Source: a virus
Lineage: Duplodnaviria > Caudoviricetes
IMG/VR virus record: IMGVR_UViG_3300017752_000010
Location: 1-60,069 of that record
DNA: 60,069 nucleotides
Strand: one strand, 5' to 3'
Below are positions 9,909 to 20,448 of the stretch, piece by piece. Position 1 is the stretch's first letter. Each line of letters begins with the position of its first letter. The position numbers and the translations under genes were made by a program. The notes beneath the pieces were generated by a model. That model was not told the DNA's origin and searched no databases. It saw nothing but the letters and a program-made list of their open reading frames with translations.

Positions 9909-11273
9909 TTATCCTAAGTATTGAATGACTGCTGAGCCAATAAATGGTTTTTCAGAGAAAATCAGAATATTGCCACTATCATCTACTATATTTGTTACTG
10001 TAATTTCTTTATACATATCATCTACATCTGCAAAACCAGTGTAACCATCACCGCTATAACCAGCTGTATTCGATCCGGCTGCAGCACCTTGGCTGCCCCA
10101 AACTGTTTTAAATCTAACTGCTTTTGCAGTTTCTGAATCAGATTCGTTATCAATTGCATTGTACAATTGAGTTCTAATTACATCAAGGAATTCTGTAGTT
10201 ACTGCAGCTGTATTATCTGTTTGATAAGATCTTTTGTAAATTTTAAAATTCATTAATTTGGTTACTGATTCAAAATCTCTTTGGCTACCAGATGTACCTT
10301 TTGTAATAGGTAATACATAATACCCATTAGCAACTTCAGTAGAACCATCAACTGTAAGTGCTGAAGAAAGCTGATGCCACTGTTCTGAATCCCATGAGTC
10401 TTGATAAGTTGTTGTTACAGTCGAAGACGATAATCTTACATCAGATGTGTTAAACACCCAACCAATATCGTGACCGCAGTAAACAAATTCGTATATGGTA
10501 CTGTTTGTTCTTAGTTTTACTGGAGAAGAAGCATATCCTCCTGATACAATAGTTCCACCAAAGTTAATGTTATAATCTAAGAAGCCTTCAGAGTCTACAA
10601 CTTTTTTAGCAGAGCAATTTTGGAAAGAACCATTATAGTCTCTTATTTTTGTATGATTAGAATTAGGATATGTTAGACCATTTCCTGATGTGGCTTGAGA
10701 CCATTCAACTCTTTGATCGCTATCTGCAAATTTATAAGGCGATGTCCAAACATTTATTTCTTTACCATTTGATATCGATTCGCGAGATTCACGAATCCTA
10801 ATAACATCACCAATTTCTGCAAGTGGGAGAACAAGATTAACTCTTCTTACGCTCTCAACACCACTTAGATCAACATCAATTTGTTCACCTCTAGAAAGAA
10901 AATACATTTCAGAATCTAAATAGAGATCTGGAATTCCATCACCATCAGAATCAGCAAAGATCTTAAAACCAGTTTCAGAATCAAAGAATCTAGTGCCAGC
11001 ACCCTGATTATCTGAATCTATACCAGTTGTTCTAAATCCAACTCTTTGAAACTTTCCAGTTCCATGAAGTTCACCTACTCTATATTCGAATTCACCGAAG
11101 TTTCTACGATATCCGTAATAAGGTTGTGTGTTATCTGTACCAACTGGATTATCACCAAAGTTTTGATATACATCAGCAATAAGGTCATTTATCTTTGCAC
11201 CACCTTTACGAGCTGAATCACCAGTGCCAGAGTCTGGCGAAAGGCCGAGGTTAATTAAATCACGAGTTCCCAT
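9909..11273 (-). CDS. baseplate wedge / fibre connector, gp9/gp10-like
   Basis: INLGLSPDSGTGDSARKGGAKIN motif characteristic of T4 gp9/gp10 N-termini. Confidence 0.75.
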   Translation of the reverse strand: MGTRDLINLGLSPDSGTGDSARKGGAKINDLIADVYQNFGDNPVGTDNTQPYYGYRRNFGEFEYRVGELHGTGKFQRVGFRTTGIDSDNQGAGTRFFDSETGFKIFADSDGDGIPDLYLDSEMYFLSRGEQIDVDLSGVESVRRVNLVLPLAEIGDVIRIRESRESISNGKEINVWTSPYKFADSDQRVEWSQATSGNGLTYPNSNHTKIRDYNGSFQNCSAKKVVDSEGFLDYNINFGGTIVSGGYASSPVKLRTNSTIYEFVYCGHDIGWVFNTSDVRLSSSTVTTTYQDSWDSEQWHQLSSALTVDGSTEVANGYYVLPITKGTSGSQRDFESVTKLMNFKIYKRSYQTDNTAAVTTEFLDVIRTQLYNAIDNESDSETAKAVRFKTVWGSQGAAAGSNTAGYSGDGYTGFADVDDMYKEITVTNIVDDSGNILIFSEKPFIGSAVIQYLG

Positions 11274-11290
11274 AGTTTATTTATTCCTTA

Positions 11291-12145
11291 CTATAAATTA
11301 ATATCTCTAATAATCTTAACAATATTTCCATCAGAATCGCTAAGGTTAATAACTCTAGGACTATACTGACTATCTGAATCAAGGATAGCTGATGCATCTT
11401 CTGTAAAAGCAAAACCAACTTCACTTCCTATAAGATCACTATCACCTCTTCGCAAAGCATATAAGTTTTGTCTATCAGAATCTGTAGATCCTGGTGTGGC
11501 AATTGCTGCTCTTGAATCGAAAATTACTGTAGTGTTTGCAACTGGACCAGAAATAAAGACTTTACTATCAAATTCAAGTTGCCATTCAATTGTTCTTCTA
11601 CCTGCAATCTCTCCAACCCAGTCATCTGTCCAAGTAGCTGCTGTAAGAGTAATCGGCATATCAAAATCATTTGTAGGTACCGGTGTATCTGAATCAGCAT
11701 CAGCTGGAAAATGTCTAACTTTTACGGTATACGCTGGCTGAAAGAAAGGTAAAATCTGTTCTATAATCTGCCATCCATCATTTAAGTTTTTTGTTTCAAT
11801 GTATAAAGAGAATGAAAGATTATATGGAACAGGAGTCTTGATGTTTTGTCTTCTGCCTTTAGAATCTGGTGTGCGAATAAAATCTTGCTTACTAGTAAGT
11901 TTTCTATTTACATCATAGTTCATTGCAACTAGTTCATAAGACATTCTTGGAAGAAGTTTTTCAAACATCTCTTCTTCAGGTTTAAATTGTTTTTGAGCTT
12001 CAAGCCATTTTGCTCTTGGTCCATACGCAATAGGAACAGGAACTAATTTCCCATCTCTTCTTTTCAAAACAATATTATTAAAGAGACTACCAAAGACTGC
12101 AGTTGCGTTCTTAATAGTTTCGTGATAAAAGTGACGACCAATCAT
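11291..12145 (-). CDS. gp15: tail sheath stabiliser / tail completion protein gp15
   Basis: HFYHETI..FGSLFNNI, VPIAYGP, LPRMS, PVPYNL, QIIEQILPFFQP. Confidence 0.9.
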   Translation of the reverse strand: MIGRHFYHETIKNATAVFGSLFNNIVLKRRDGKLVPVPIAYGPRAKWLEAQKQFKPEEEMFEKLLPRMSYELVAMNYDVNRKLTSKQDFIRTPDSKGRRQNIKTPVPYNLSFSLYIETKNLNDGWQIIEQILPFFQPAYTVKVRHFPADADSDTPVPTNDFDMPITLTAATWTDDWVGEIAGRRTIEWQLEFDSKVFISGPVANTTVIFDSRAAIATPGSTDSDRQNLYALRRGDSDLIGSEVGFAFTEDASAILDSDSQYSPRVINLSDSDGNIVKIIRDINL

Positions 12146-13194
12146 TAAATATCATCCAAATTTCTAATTCCAGGCACTTTGTGTGCTCTTGCTGTATAGT
12201 CATCAGTTAGATTTTTAGGTCTTTCGACAACATTACCTTCATAATCAGTTACTTCTTGTTCTTCAGCTTGTTGTTCAATTACTGTGTTATCAGCCCAAGA
12301 ATCAAGTATCGCATCACTATCTGTAATATCTATTGCTTTTGTTTCAGAATCAGTAAATGAAATACCTGCTTTGGCTTTTGAAACAATTTCATCAGTTGAT
12401 GTAAGTTCATTTCCAACATTATCGTAAGAAACTGCAGTTGGGTTAAACTCAAGATCTTCACCAGAAAGTTCGAACAGTTTACAGTGTAATTTATACTGAT
12501 AGTTATCGCCTAACTGATAAAATGCCCCATCATGGAAAGTAGTAACACGTAAAATCTCAAACACTTTAGGTACATACTGTTTTTTATTTTGTGCTGATCT
12601 ACCAAATGGTATTACAATTAAATCACCTTCAAGTGGTCTTGAACGAGCATATTTAGAAAGCAAAACTTCGTAACTATCAGAATCAGCAGATCTTTGTTCC
12701 AATGTAACTCTGTAATCAGAATCTATGTTTTCAAAATTATTGATTGCAACGTTCATAATAACTTCTTCACGGAATTCAATACCGTACTGAGTCATTACAT
12801 CGCCTTCACCTTCAAATCCAGCAGCGGCAGCAAGTAACATATCACATTGAAAACCTTGATCAAAAACAGATTCAGGTCTTTCGTTCCAAATATCATCAGT
12901 ATAATCAGATGCTCTTGGCATATACCTTACAGTAATACCATTAACATTAATAGATTCTCTAATGAGGTTTTGAACTAATCTTTGTTCATTAGTTGAAAAT
13001 CTGGCTGAATTACCAAATTGATTAATGTAACCATCAATATATGTATTTTTAATTCCAGCAGAAAGAGCATAGTCTCTATTTACTTTTTGAATAGATCTAT
13101 TTAAGTTTTCGCCAAATTCAGAGTCATTGTCGCTATCGCCATCAAAGCCGCTAGATGCAATAGTAAATCCTGAATAATTGTTTGTTATAGTCAT
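12145..13194 (-). CDS. gp14: neck protein gp14
   Basis: EQRLVQNLIRESI, GFEGEGD.MT.YG, RPLEGDLI, FYQLG..Y.YKL.C.LFE. Confidence 0.85.
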   Translation of the reverse strand: MTITNNYSGFTIASSGFDGDSDNDSEFGENLNRSIQKVNRDYALSAGIKNTYIDGYINQFGNSARFSTNEQRLVQNLIRESINVNGITVRYMPRASDYTDDIWNERPESVFDQGFQCDMLLAAAAGFEGEGDVMTQYGIEFREEVIMNVAINNFENIDSDYRVTLEQRSADSDSYEVLLSKYARSRPLEGDLIVIPFGRSAQNKKQYVPKVFEILRVTTFHDGAFYQLGDNYQYKLHCKLFELSGEDLEFNPTAVSYDNVGNELTSTDEIVSKAKAGISFTDSETKAIDITDSDAILDSWADNTVIEQQAEEQEVTDYEGNVVERPKNLTDDYTARAHKVPGIRNLDDI

Positions 13195-14036
13195 TAACCA
13201 TAATACCCGGCGTCGTACCCTACTCTTACAAGTCTTGCCATAATTTCTGCAAATGCATCTTCTATATTATCAGCATCAATTCTAAAAGAAGAAGCTGTAT
13301 CACCTTCAATGGCGTTAAAATCACTATATAGTAATCTTTGATTTGCAGCAGACAATTTAGATGATTGAGTTCCAGCTTGTAATCTTGCTAATGCTCCATC
13401 AAAGTCAAGTCTAAGATTTTGTGGAGAAAATTCATTTTGAACTTTCAATAAACCATCAGAGCCAACTCTTAAATAGGCAGGAGCAGAAATACCATATTCA
13501 CCGTTTCTAACATTAATAGTATTAATATCAATACGACCAGATGGATTTGATCTAGAGAATTTATCTCTAAAGCTTTGTCTACTTTGGCTTGGAATATTTG
13601 TTGATAGAATTACAACATCACCTTCACTTAGATTTTTAAATGCATCAGAATCAAGACCGCCAGATATACCTCTTTTTGTAAAAGTTGTATCGCTATCCCA
13701 TTGAATTTGATCAGAAGATTTAACACCAAGAATTCTAAAATCACTATCGCCTGTAGGTCTTTCAAGTCTCTGCAAACGTCTGTTTTTATCGGAGTCTGTG
13801 GCATAAACTGCTTCCATAAAATTACCAACTTTAATAAAAGCGGTACGAAGCGGATCTCCAGTGTTTGAGTTTGGAGAATTACCGATATTAATCCTTACGT
13901 TATTTTTTACTCTACGGTCTGCAGCATTAAACGAAACTTCAGTTCCACCGTCATTTAATACAGGAGCTGTACCAACTTCGTCTACACCATCACCATAGTT
14001 TGGTTTTAAAATATCACTTAGATTACGATTTGTCAT
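13194..14036 (-). CDS. baseplate fibre-connector-like protein (gp9-like motif)
   Basis: INIGNSPNSNTGDPLRTAFIKV motif. Confidence 0.65.
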   Translation of the reverse strand: MTNRNLSDILKPNYGDGVDEVGTAPVLNDGGTEVSFNAADRRVKNNVRINIGNSPNSNTGDPLRTAFIKVGNFMEAVYATDSDKNRRLQRLERPTGDSDFRILGVKSSDQIQWDSDTTFTKRGISGGLDSDAFKNLSEGDVVILSTNIPSQSRQSFRDKFSRSNPSGRIDINTINVRNGEYGISAPAYLRVGSDGLLKVQNEFSPQNLRLDFDGALARLQAGTQSSKLSAANQRLLYSDFNAIEGDTASSFRIDADNIEDAFAEIMARLVRVGYDAGYYG

Positions 14037-14226
14037 TTGTAATTCCTAATAGGAGACTTTCAATTCTTTGAAGAGCATCTTGAACTTCTTCTTGTTTTTC
14101 TTCTAGTCTCAAAAGCCTTTCTTCTTTTTGTTTTTCTTGCAGCTTTTTATTTTTTGCTGCTGTATAATCTGCTCTATTAACATTTAATATAGCACCGCTT
14201 TTTTCATTACGAATATAGTTTCTCAT
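14023..14226 (-). CDS. small coiled-coil protein
   Basis: IRNEKSGAILN followed by a coiled-coil; translationally coupled to the large structural gene. Confidence 0.65.
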   Translation of the reverse strand: MRNYIRNEKSGAILNVNRADYTAAKNKKLQEKQKEERLLRLEEKQEEVQDALQRIESLLLGITNDKS

Positions 14227-17200
14227 TATATTACCGCAATAATTCTCAGATCTTTAATTGCAGGTATAAAAGATTCGTTTTGCACTTTAAAGATGATCTT
14301 AATTTTAAAGGCTTCAAACTCTTCAGCAACTTCTTCGATAAGAGAGTACTCTACAAAATCAGAAGAAGATGGGAAACTATCAAAGTTTGTTTCATTTACG
14401 GCTTGATTTCGCGGAAATGTCTGCCAATCAAAATCTTCGAATGGCGTATTATCACCAACTGGTCTGGCTTTATATTGAACAATTAGTTCACTACCAGGTT
14501 CCATATCAGCATCAAAGAGTACTTTTAGCTGATTTGCTGGTACTTCAAGTTCAACTTCATTAGTGATATATTGAGCAAACTCTTTATTATTCTGCACAGC
14601 AGCAATGTAAGAAATAAACTCATTGTGAACGTTTTCACTATCAGCAACTGTAACTTGAGTTGTTGTAAAGCCAGTTTCTAATTCTGAATCAGTAATAAAG
14701 TCTCCAACTACATATTTTTCAGTAAACATGGTTGACATAGCATCTACTCTAACAATTGGTGAAAGATACTCATTAGTATTAGTAAAGGTCAGTTTGTTTT
14801 CAAAATCAGATGTATTGGTTTTGTTCAAAGTGTTTTGAACTATCTGAGGGAAGTTAAAATCTACGAATTCATCAACATCAGCTTCAGCAAAATCTGTTTT
14901 AATATTTGGATTTTGATAATAGATAGAGTTCGTGTTATAACCATACTTGTTAGAAGCTGGTCTCACATCTACAATAGAACCACTTGTTGTTTTAATTTCT
15001 GAAGTAGCATTAGTTCCATCAAAAAGAACAGGTGAAATGTTAGTTTTCACTCTATCAAACTGAATATTAGAAGTAGCTACTGTATTAGTACCACCACCTT
15101 TACCAGCTTTAACACCTTTTCTCCAAGATACATAACTTTGTTCTGAATCAGCTTCACTCAAATCGATAAAGTATGAATCTTTAGTAGCATATTTCACATT
15201 GTGAGTTTTACCAGAAGCTGTACTTGTAAGATTTGATATTCCATCTACATTGTTAATCAAAGTAACTGGTATACCGTTTAAGTTTGACGCAGAATTAAAT
15301 CTAGCGTCTTCTGAATCATTAGATGATGGGAAAAGATTATTTCCTTGAGCACCTAGAATTCTTACTTGGTGTGTATCATTAGGACCATACATACCATGGT
15401 TTTCGTGATATACTTTTACAAAGTGAGAATTTTCAAATGTTTCTAGTGCAAGACCATCATAAGTTTGACCAATTGGATTTGCATAGAAGTTATTTGTATC
15501 TTTAAACGTAATACTAGCATCTTCAGTACCAAAGTTTGCTCTATATACTTTAAACTTCATATCTCTATTTTGATCTGCAGTCCATGTCGAATTGTTTTGC
15601 GACTTAAAGAAAGAACCATAATAACCACCAACGTTTGGTTGTTGATCAATTTTACCGCCAGTGATTACATCATTTTGACCTTGTACAGCTGTCCATGCAG
15701 TTGTTTTATCAGAAGGAGTAAGTAGAACAATACAATATTCTTTGTATGCTTCAATGTAGCATGGAGCATCAAATCTAAAGTTAGTTTCAACTGTTGGTGT
15801 AGTTAAGTTTTCATTTGATTTAGACACTGTAACTCGAGAATTAGCAATAATTTCTGGTCCAGGATAGCCATTAATCATGTTTCTAATTTGACACTGTACT
15901 TGATTTTGAAGATCTCTTGTATCCACAAATCCAAGCCATACATCAACTGAAGTAATGAATGAGCCAGTTCTTCTTGGAGCATCTATGTTTGGATCAAAGT
16001 TATTTGGATTAGAACCAGCATCTAAAGGAAGAGTGAATGCTTGTGCAATCGGATCTTCATACTTAGCAGTAGTGCTTTCTACTCTGGAAACATTAGTTGA
16101 ATTTCTAGCAATTGTAACATTGTTTCGAATAGTTTGTGCTCTAACTGATACCATTTCACCTACATCGAAATATCCTCTTGATGTGAATGAGCCGGCTGCA
16201 AAAGTTGTATTTGCTCCATCTAAATCAGTAATAATAAATCTTTTCACACCAGTCTTAAATGTATTAGCTGGAATAGTAAATCTTCCACGAAGTTCACCAA
16301 TATTATCTGAAGTCAAAGATCCAAGAGCTCCATATTCTCTTGTAGTTGCTGTTGGATCAAAAGGAGTCTGCTGTACAAATCTAGTAACATCAACACCATC
16401 AAATTCTACTTTCAAGGGAACATTTGGTCTCATTCCTTGCACATCAAATTTTACAGTAATTGAACGCATGAAAGCATCATCAATTGCTCTTACTTCTTTT
16501 GTTCTAAACTCTGTTTTGATAGTTCTTTCATCAGCAAAGCTAGCTCTTGTAGTGTTAATCTTTTTACCAGCTCTAATTTTTTGAGTGATTTTAACACGTT
16601 GACGACTACCTTGAGAATTTGTAAATTTAACAACTCCAAATTTTCTTCTAACAGCAGCTCTTGAAATATCTTCGCGGGACCTAAACATATAAGATGTTGA
16701 AGTTTTTGTAGTTCCAGCCCACTGATAAGATGTAGATTCTTTAGCAGAACCAGCAACTTGAGTTGAAGTAGAGCGCAAATTGTTAAACACTGATTCTGGA
16801 ACAGATTCAATACCACCACCAAAGGATGTTCTATCAACTACGTGACCACTAACTACTCTACGACTATCATCTTTCCAATAATCTTGAGGAGGATCTAAAT
16901 TTAAATCGCCTGCATAAATCCATGTGTTATACGGATTAATTCGAATAGTTTCAGAAGCAAACGTTTGAGATAAGACTTCTTCTTGATCATATGATTTAAC
17001 AATATAACCAGGAGTTTGATTCAAGTAATACTCATCAATATTTGTACCATTATCTACTTTTTGAACATTAAAGAATGAATCTACTGAAAGAGGATATAAA
17101 GTTTTCTGTTGCGAATCAATAGATGCTCTAAAGTTTGGATCTCCAAAGTCTGATCTTGCGTTCTCATCAGAAAAATCATCAACAATAAATCCGGATTTTG

Positions 17201-20200
17201 TTCTACCATCTGAGTTATCATGCAAGGCTTGAGATTCAAGCAAAGATAGAGAAAGAACATCTTCAACTCTATCCACGCGTTGCTTAATTTTTAGAATGTC
17301 TTGCATGGTAAATCTTGAATTGTCTTTACTTTCAATACTCACTTCTTGCTCTGCATACCTTACAGCAGGTGGAACAATCATAGTAGATATAAGCATGGAA
17401 TCTTTAGGAATTTCTGGTTCGTTACTTGTTACGCTTGCATTTCCAGGAATAGCTTTAAACTCATTCTTTTCTGTAAGAATAATATTGATTGTTTGACCAC
17501 GGAAAATATCAAAGTCACTACTAAATGTAGTATCTGGTATTACTCTTACGCCCGTGTTTTCAAATTCTCTAAATGTAAATGATAGAGGATTAGAAGCAGT
17601 TGTTGTTACTAACTTTTGTCTCAGTCTAAAATCTACTGTGTTTCTTAAATTAATGCCTGCAAGAGGTTCGCTATTTTTAATAGGCTGAGGTGTATCAAAA
17701 TATCTTGGATCGACATCAAAGAAACCAGCACCTTTATAGGAATCTACATTAAAGTAGAACGATGAATTAGCGTCTGCTTCAAAGTATGAGAAGAAGACTA
17801 CTAAGTCACCATTTGCTGGAGCTGCTACATCAGGTTTTCTAATGATAGAAGAAACATTGTAAGAATTTAATCTTTGTCCATTATCAAAGATATAATTTTC
17901 TGTAACATCAGAACCTTGTACTTTTGAATCAAGTCCAGTATAAGTAACACTTTGAGTAAATGCATCATTTCCTGCTGGGACTTTTACAGTTAAGATTTCA
18001 TTAGCAGTAAATTCATTACCTGTAAGATAAATAACTTCAAGTTTACCAGAATCTCCAGTACCACTTTTTGTGTTGTGATAACCGGTTTGAGAAACTAAAC
18101 TGGAAACTTCATTTTCATCTGGTGTATTTTGTAAAGCAATAATTGCTTTTGTGCCACTGTTCTTACCAGTTAGAATTGTACCTACTGGAATAGCACCACC
18201 ACCTGAGATTGTAACATCAATTTTAGAGAATGAAGCATTTGGAACTGTAGTGCTAGTACCCCATGTATTGTTTGTTGTACCTTGACGAACTCCATAAACT
18301 TTGTAAACATCTGGATAGTAAAGATTGATAATTCTATCAACGGCTGACCAACTAGTATTAATAACGTTTGATCTTGTAATATCGCTAGTATTTCTAATTT
18401 TTAGTGCAGCAAATTTGAGATTTTTCGTGATTTCAGTAGCATCATCAATAATTGCTCTATCGAAAAGACCATTTCTAGCCATTCCACCATTGTTTGAACT
18501 CCACTGCGTATCATTTAGTTGCGGAGTAACAGCAAGGCCACCAGCACCAGACTCGATTGTTGGAGCATTTTTGTAGAGAACTTCAAAGTTGTTATCATAT
18601 GGTTGTACGCTTTCACCACGTCCAGATGAAAGCTCTTGATCTGTAGTACCAAAGAGTGCAGAACCTACATTTTTCAGTGTAGTGATTCCATCAGGACTAT
18701 CTACTGTTGCTGTAAATGCTGCATCTGAATCGCCAGCTGCTAGACCTACAATTTTATTTACTTGAGAGAATTTAAACTGATATGCGCTTTGAATTTTGAC
18801 TTCAGAATCAGCTGATGTAATACCACCAATTTCACCAGTTAATGTAGTACCAGCATCAAAGGTTTTTGATGCATTCACTACTAAGAAACCTTTGCTTCTA
18901 GATAGTCCAGCTACTTTAGCACCTTCAGGTGATTGTGCTGTAGTCCAATCTGAGTCAGCATTGTTTGTACCATTTAGTTTTACAACATAACCTTTTGAAT
19001 TACCAGAACGAACTTCTTGACCTTCAATTAAGCTAGCAGCAATATCCGAGTCAGATGCACCACCAGAAAGATTCACATGCATAAACATTCTAACATCATG
19101 TAGATAAAGATCACCTTTGTTAGAACCTTTATCTCTAAATGCATATGCTCTTGCATAACCAATTGTATTACTTTCTGAATCTTCTAAAGCTAATCTATTT
19201 AGATAAGAGTCAGGACCATTACCAGCTGCACCATCAAAACCAGGCAAAGCTCTATGATTTGCCGATTTTACTTCTACGTACGGTACACCAGTGACTGGAA
19301 TTTTAAAATTATTTACACGTTCTGTTTTTAGCTGTCGAGAAATAGGAACATGTACATCAGTAAGAGATGAAACACGGTAACCATTTACATAACCAATGCC
19401 ATCAGAAAGAACAAGATCAAATGTTTCAGAATCTTCTAAGTTATCTAAAATTTTTGGTGTAAACGGATTTACAACATAACTACCAGATTCTTCTTTTGTT
19501 CTAAGAGCAAGTTGATCATTTAAAGATGCATAAATTGGATTTGGCGAACCGTTTGGATTCGAAGCAGCACCTTTGATTACACCATTTTCTACTTCAATTT
19601 GTTTGTAAAACTGTGGATCAGAACCTTGATCAAGGGTATTTTTAATAACAACTGAAAGAGAATTCTGAAGTCTGTTTGCACCAGGTGCACCTTCATTTGT
19701 GGATCCTCTAGCATTATCAAACAAAGTTGCATCATCATTAGCTGTAATAGCTTGAGATTGAACACTAAATCCAATTGCTGCTGTTGGTTTATGACTCGTG
19801 TTAGAAATTACAACATTTTGTTCTGCAATTCTAGAAAAGAAACCATCAATATAATATACGCCATCTTGAACAATTGCCATAGTAGCATCAGTCACAGAAC
19901 TAAATACATTTACATATGTTTGCGTAAGAGCTGGATTATCTTCGTTTCGTGCATAGACAAAACCCTGATCTGAATCAGTAAATCTCTTTTTGGAAATATA
20001 AGAAAGATAAATTCTACCAGCTTTTGCTGTTCCTGTAATACCTTTAGGTGTTCTAAATACTTTCGCCTTCACATCACCAGCAGCATTAGAAACAATCATT
20101 TCTGAAAAGTCTTCTAACGCACCTTCAATTGAACCAGTAATAGAGTCTGAAAGAGGGAAGTTTACGTTTCCAGTTCCAGATACTAGAGTCATTGCATAAG

Positions 20201-20417
20201 CATCAAAATTCAAAGCAATGTTACCATCAGTAACTTGCGATCCATCTTTGAATACATGGTTACCAAATCTAGTAACTTGCTTTTGTAAGAGAGTTTGTAG
20301 TTGAGTTAATTCTCTTGCTTGTACAGCAAATCCTGGACGAAATAAGACTCTTAAATAGTCTTTTGCTTCATCATAATCATCGAAGTAGGGAGCTACATTT
20401 AGGTTAATAGTTGCCAT
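14226..20417 (-). CDS. large virion structural protein (DUF4815 / VrlC-like)
   Basis: NLNVAPYFDDYD, RVLFRPGFAVQARELTQLQ, APGANRL, GFIVDDFS, INPYN, DPIAQAF, FKSQN.STW, IKDLRIIA C-terminus. Confidence 0.85.
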   Translation of the reverse strand: MATINLNVAPYFDDYDEAKDYLRVLFRPGFAVQARELTQLQTLLQKQVTRFGNHVFKDGSQVTDGNIALNFDAYAMTLVSGTGNVNFPLSDSITGSIEGALEDFSEMIVSNAAGDVKAKVFRTPKGITGTAKAGRIYLSYISKKRFTDSDQGFVYARNEDNPALTQTYVNVFSSVTDATMAIVQDGVYYIDGFFSRIAEQNVVISNTSHKPTAAIGFSVQSQAITANDDATLFDNARGSTNEGAPGANRLQNSLSVVIKNTLDQGSDPQFYKQIEVENGVIKGAASNPNGSPNPIYASLNDQLALRTKEESGSYVVNPFTPKILDNLEDSETFDLVLSDGIGYVNGYRVSSLTDVHVPISRQLKTERVNNFKIPVTGVPYVEVKSANHRALPGFDGAAGNGPDSYLNRLALEDSESNTIGYARAYAFRDKGSNKGDLYLHDVRMFMHVNLSGGASDSDIAASLIEGQEVRSGNSKGYVVKLNGTNNADSDWTTAQSPEGAKVAGLSRSKGFLVVNASKTFDAGTTLTGEIGGITSADSEVKIQSAYQFKFSQVNKIVGLAAGDSDAAFTATVDSPDGITTLKNVGSALFGTTDQELSSGRGESVQPYDNNFEVLYKNAPTIESGAGGLAVTPQLNDTQWSSNNGGMARNGLFDRAIIDDATEITKNLKFAALKIRNTSDITRSNVINTSWSAVDRIINLYYPDVYKVYGVRQGTTNNTWGTSTTVPNASFSKIDVTISGGGAIPVGTILTGKNSGTKAIIALQNTPDENEVSSLVSQTGYHNTKSGTGDSGKLEVIYLTGNEFTANEILTVKVPAGNDAFTQSVTYTGLDSKVQGSDVTENYIFDNGQRLNSYNVSSIIRKPDVAAPANGDLVVFFSYFEADANSSFYFNVDSYKGAGFFDVDPRYFDTPQPIKNSEPLAGINLRNTVDFRLRQKLVTTTASNPLSFTFREFENTGVRVIPDTTFSSDFDIFRGQTINIILTEKNEFKAIPGNASVTSNEPEIPKDSMLISTMIVPPAVRYAEQEVSIESKDNSRFTMQDILKIKQRVDRVEDVLSLSLLESQALHDNSDGRTKSGFIVDDFSDENARSDFGDPNFRASIDSQQKTLYPLSVDSFFNVQKVDNGTNIDEYYLNQTPGYIVKSYDQEEVLSQTFASETIRINPYNTWIYAGDLNLDPPQDYWKDDSRRVVSGHVVDRTSFGGGIESVPESVFNNLRSTSTQVAGSAKESTSYQWAGTTKTSTSYMFRSREDISRAAVRRKFGVVKFTNSQGSRQRVKITQKIRAGKKINTTRASFADERTIKTEFRTKEVRAIDDAFMRSITVKFDVQGMRPNVPLKVEFDGVDVTRFVQQTPFDPTATTREYGALGSLTSDNIGELRGRFTIPANTFKTGVKRFIITDLDGANTTFAAGSFTSRGYFDVGEMVSVRAQTIRNNVTIARNSTNVSRVESTTAKYEDPIAQAFTLPLDAGSNPNNFDPNIDAPRRTGSFITSVDVWLGFVDTRDLQNQVQCQIRNMINGYPGPEIIANSRVTVSKSNENLTTPTVETNFRFDAPCYIEAYKEYCIVLLTPSDKTTAWTAVQGQNDVITGGKIDQQPNVGGYYGSFFKSQNNSTWTADQNRDMKFKVYRANFGTEDASITFKDTNNFYANPIGQTYDGLALETFENSHFVKVYHENHGMYGPNDTHQVRILGAQGNNLFPSSNDSEDARFNSASNLNGIPVTLINNVDGISNLTSTASGKTHNVKYATKDSYFIDLSEADSEQSYVSWRKGVKAGKGGGTNTVATSNIQFDRVKTNISPVLFDGTNATSEIKTTSGSIVDVRPASNKYGYNTNSIYYQNPNIKTDFAEADVDEFVDFNFPQIVQNTLNKTNTSDFENKLTFTNTNEYLSPIVRVDAMSTMFTEKYVVGDFITDSELETGFTTTQVTVADSENVHNEFISYIAAVQNNKEFAQYITNEVELEVPANQLKVLFDADMEPGSELIVQYKARPVGDNTPFEDFDWQTFPRNQAVNETNFDSFPSSSDFVEYSLIEEVAEEFEAFKIKIIFKVQNESFIPAIKDLRIIAVI

Positions 20418-20448
20418 TGTTATCCATCTTTATATTTTTTATATTTAT

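Noticed and set aside
15955-16584. 209-aa + strand ORF and other antisense ORFs within large structural genes (for example 51376-51981 and 53267-53587)
   Set aside because: These are shadow frames of strongly supported genes, with no SD or recognisable motifs.
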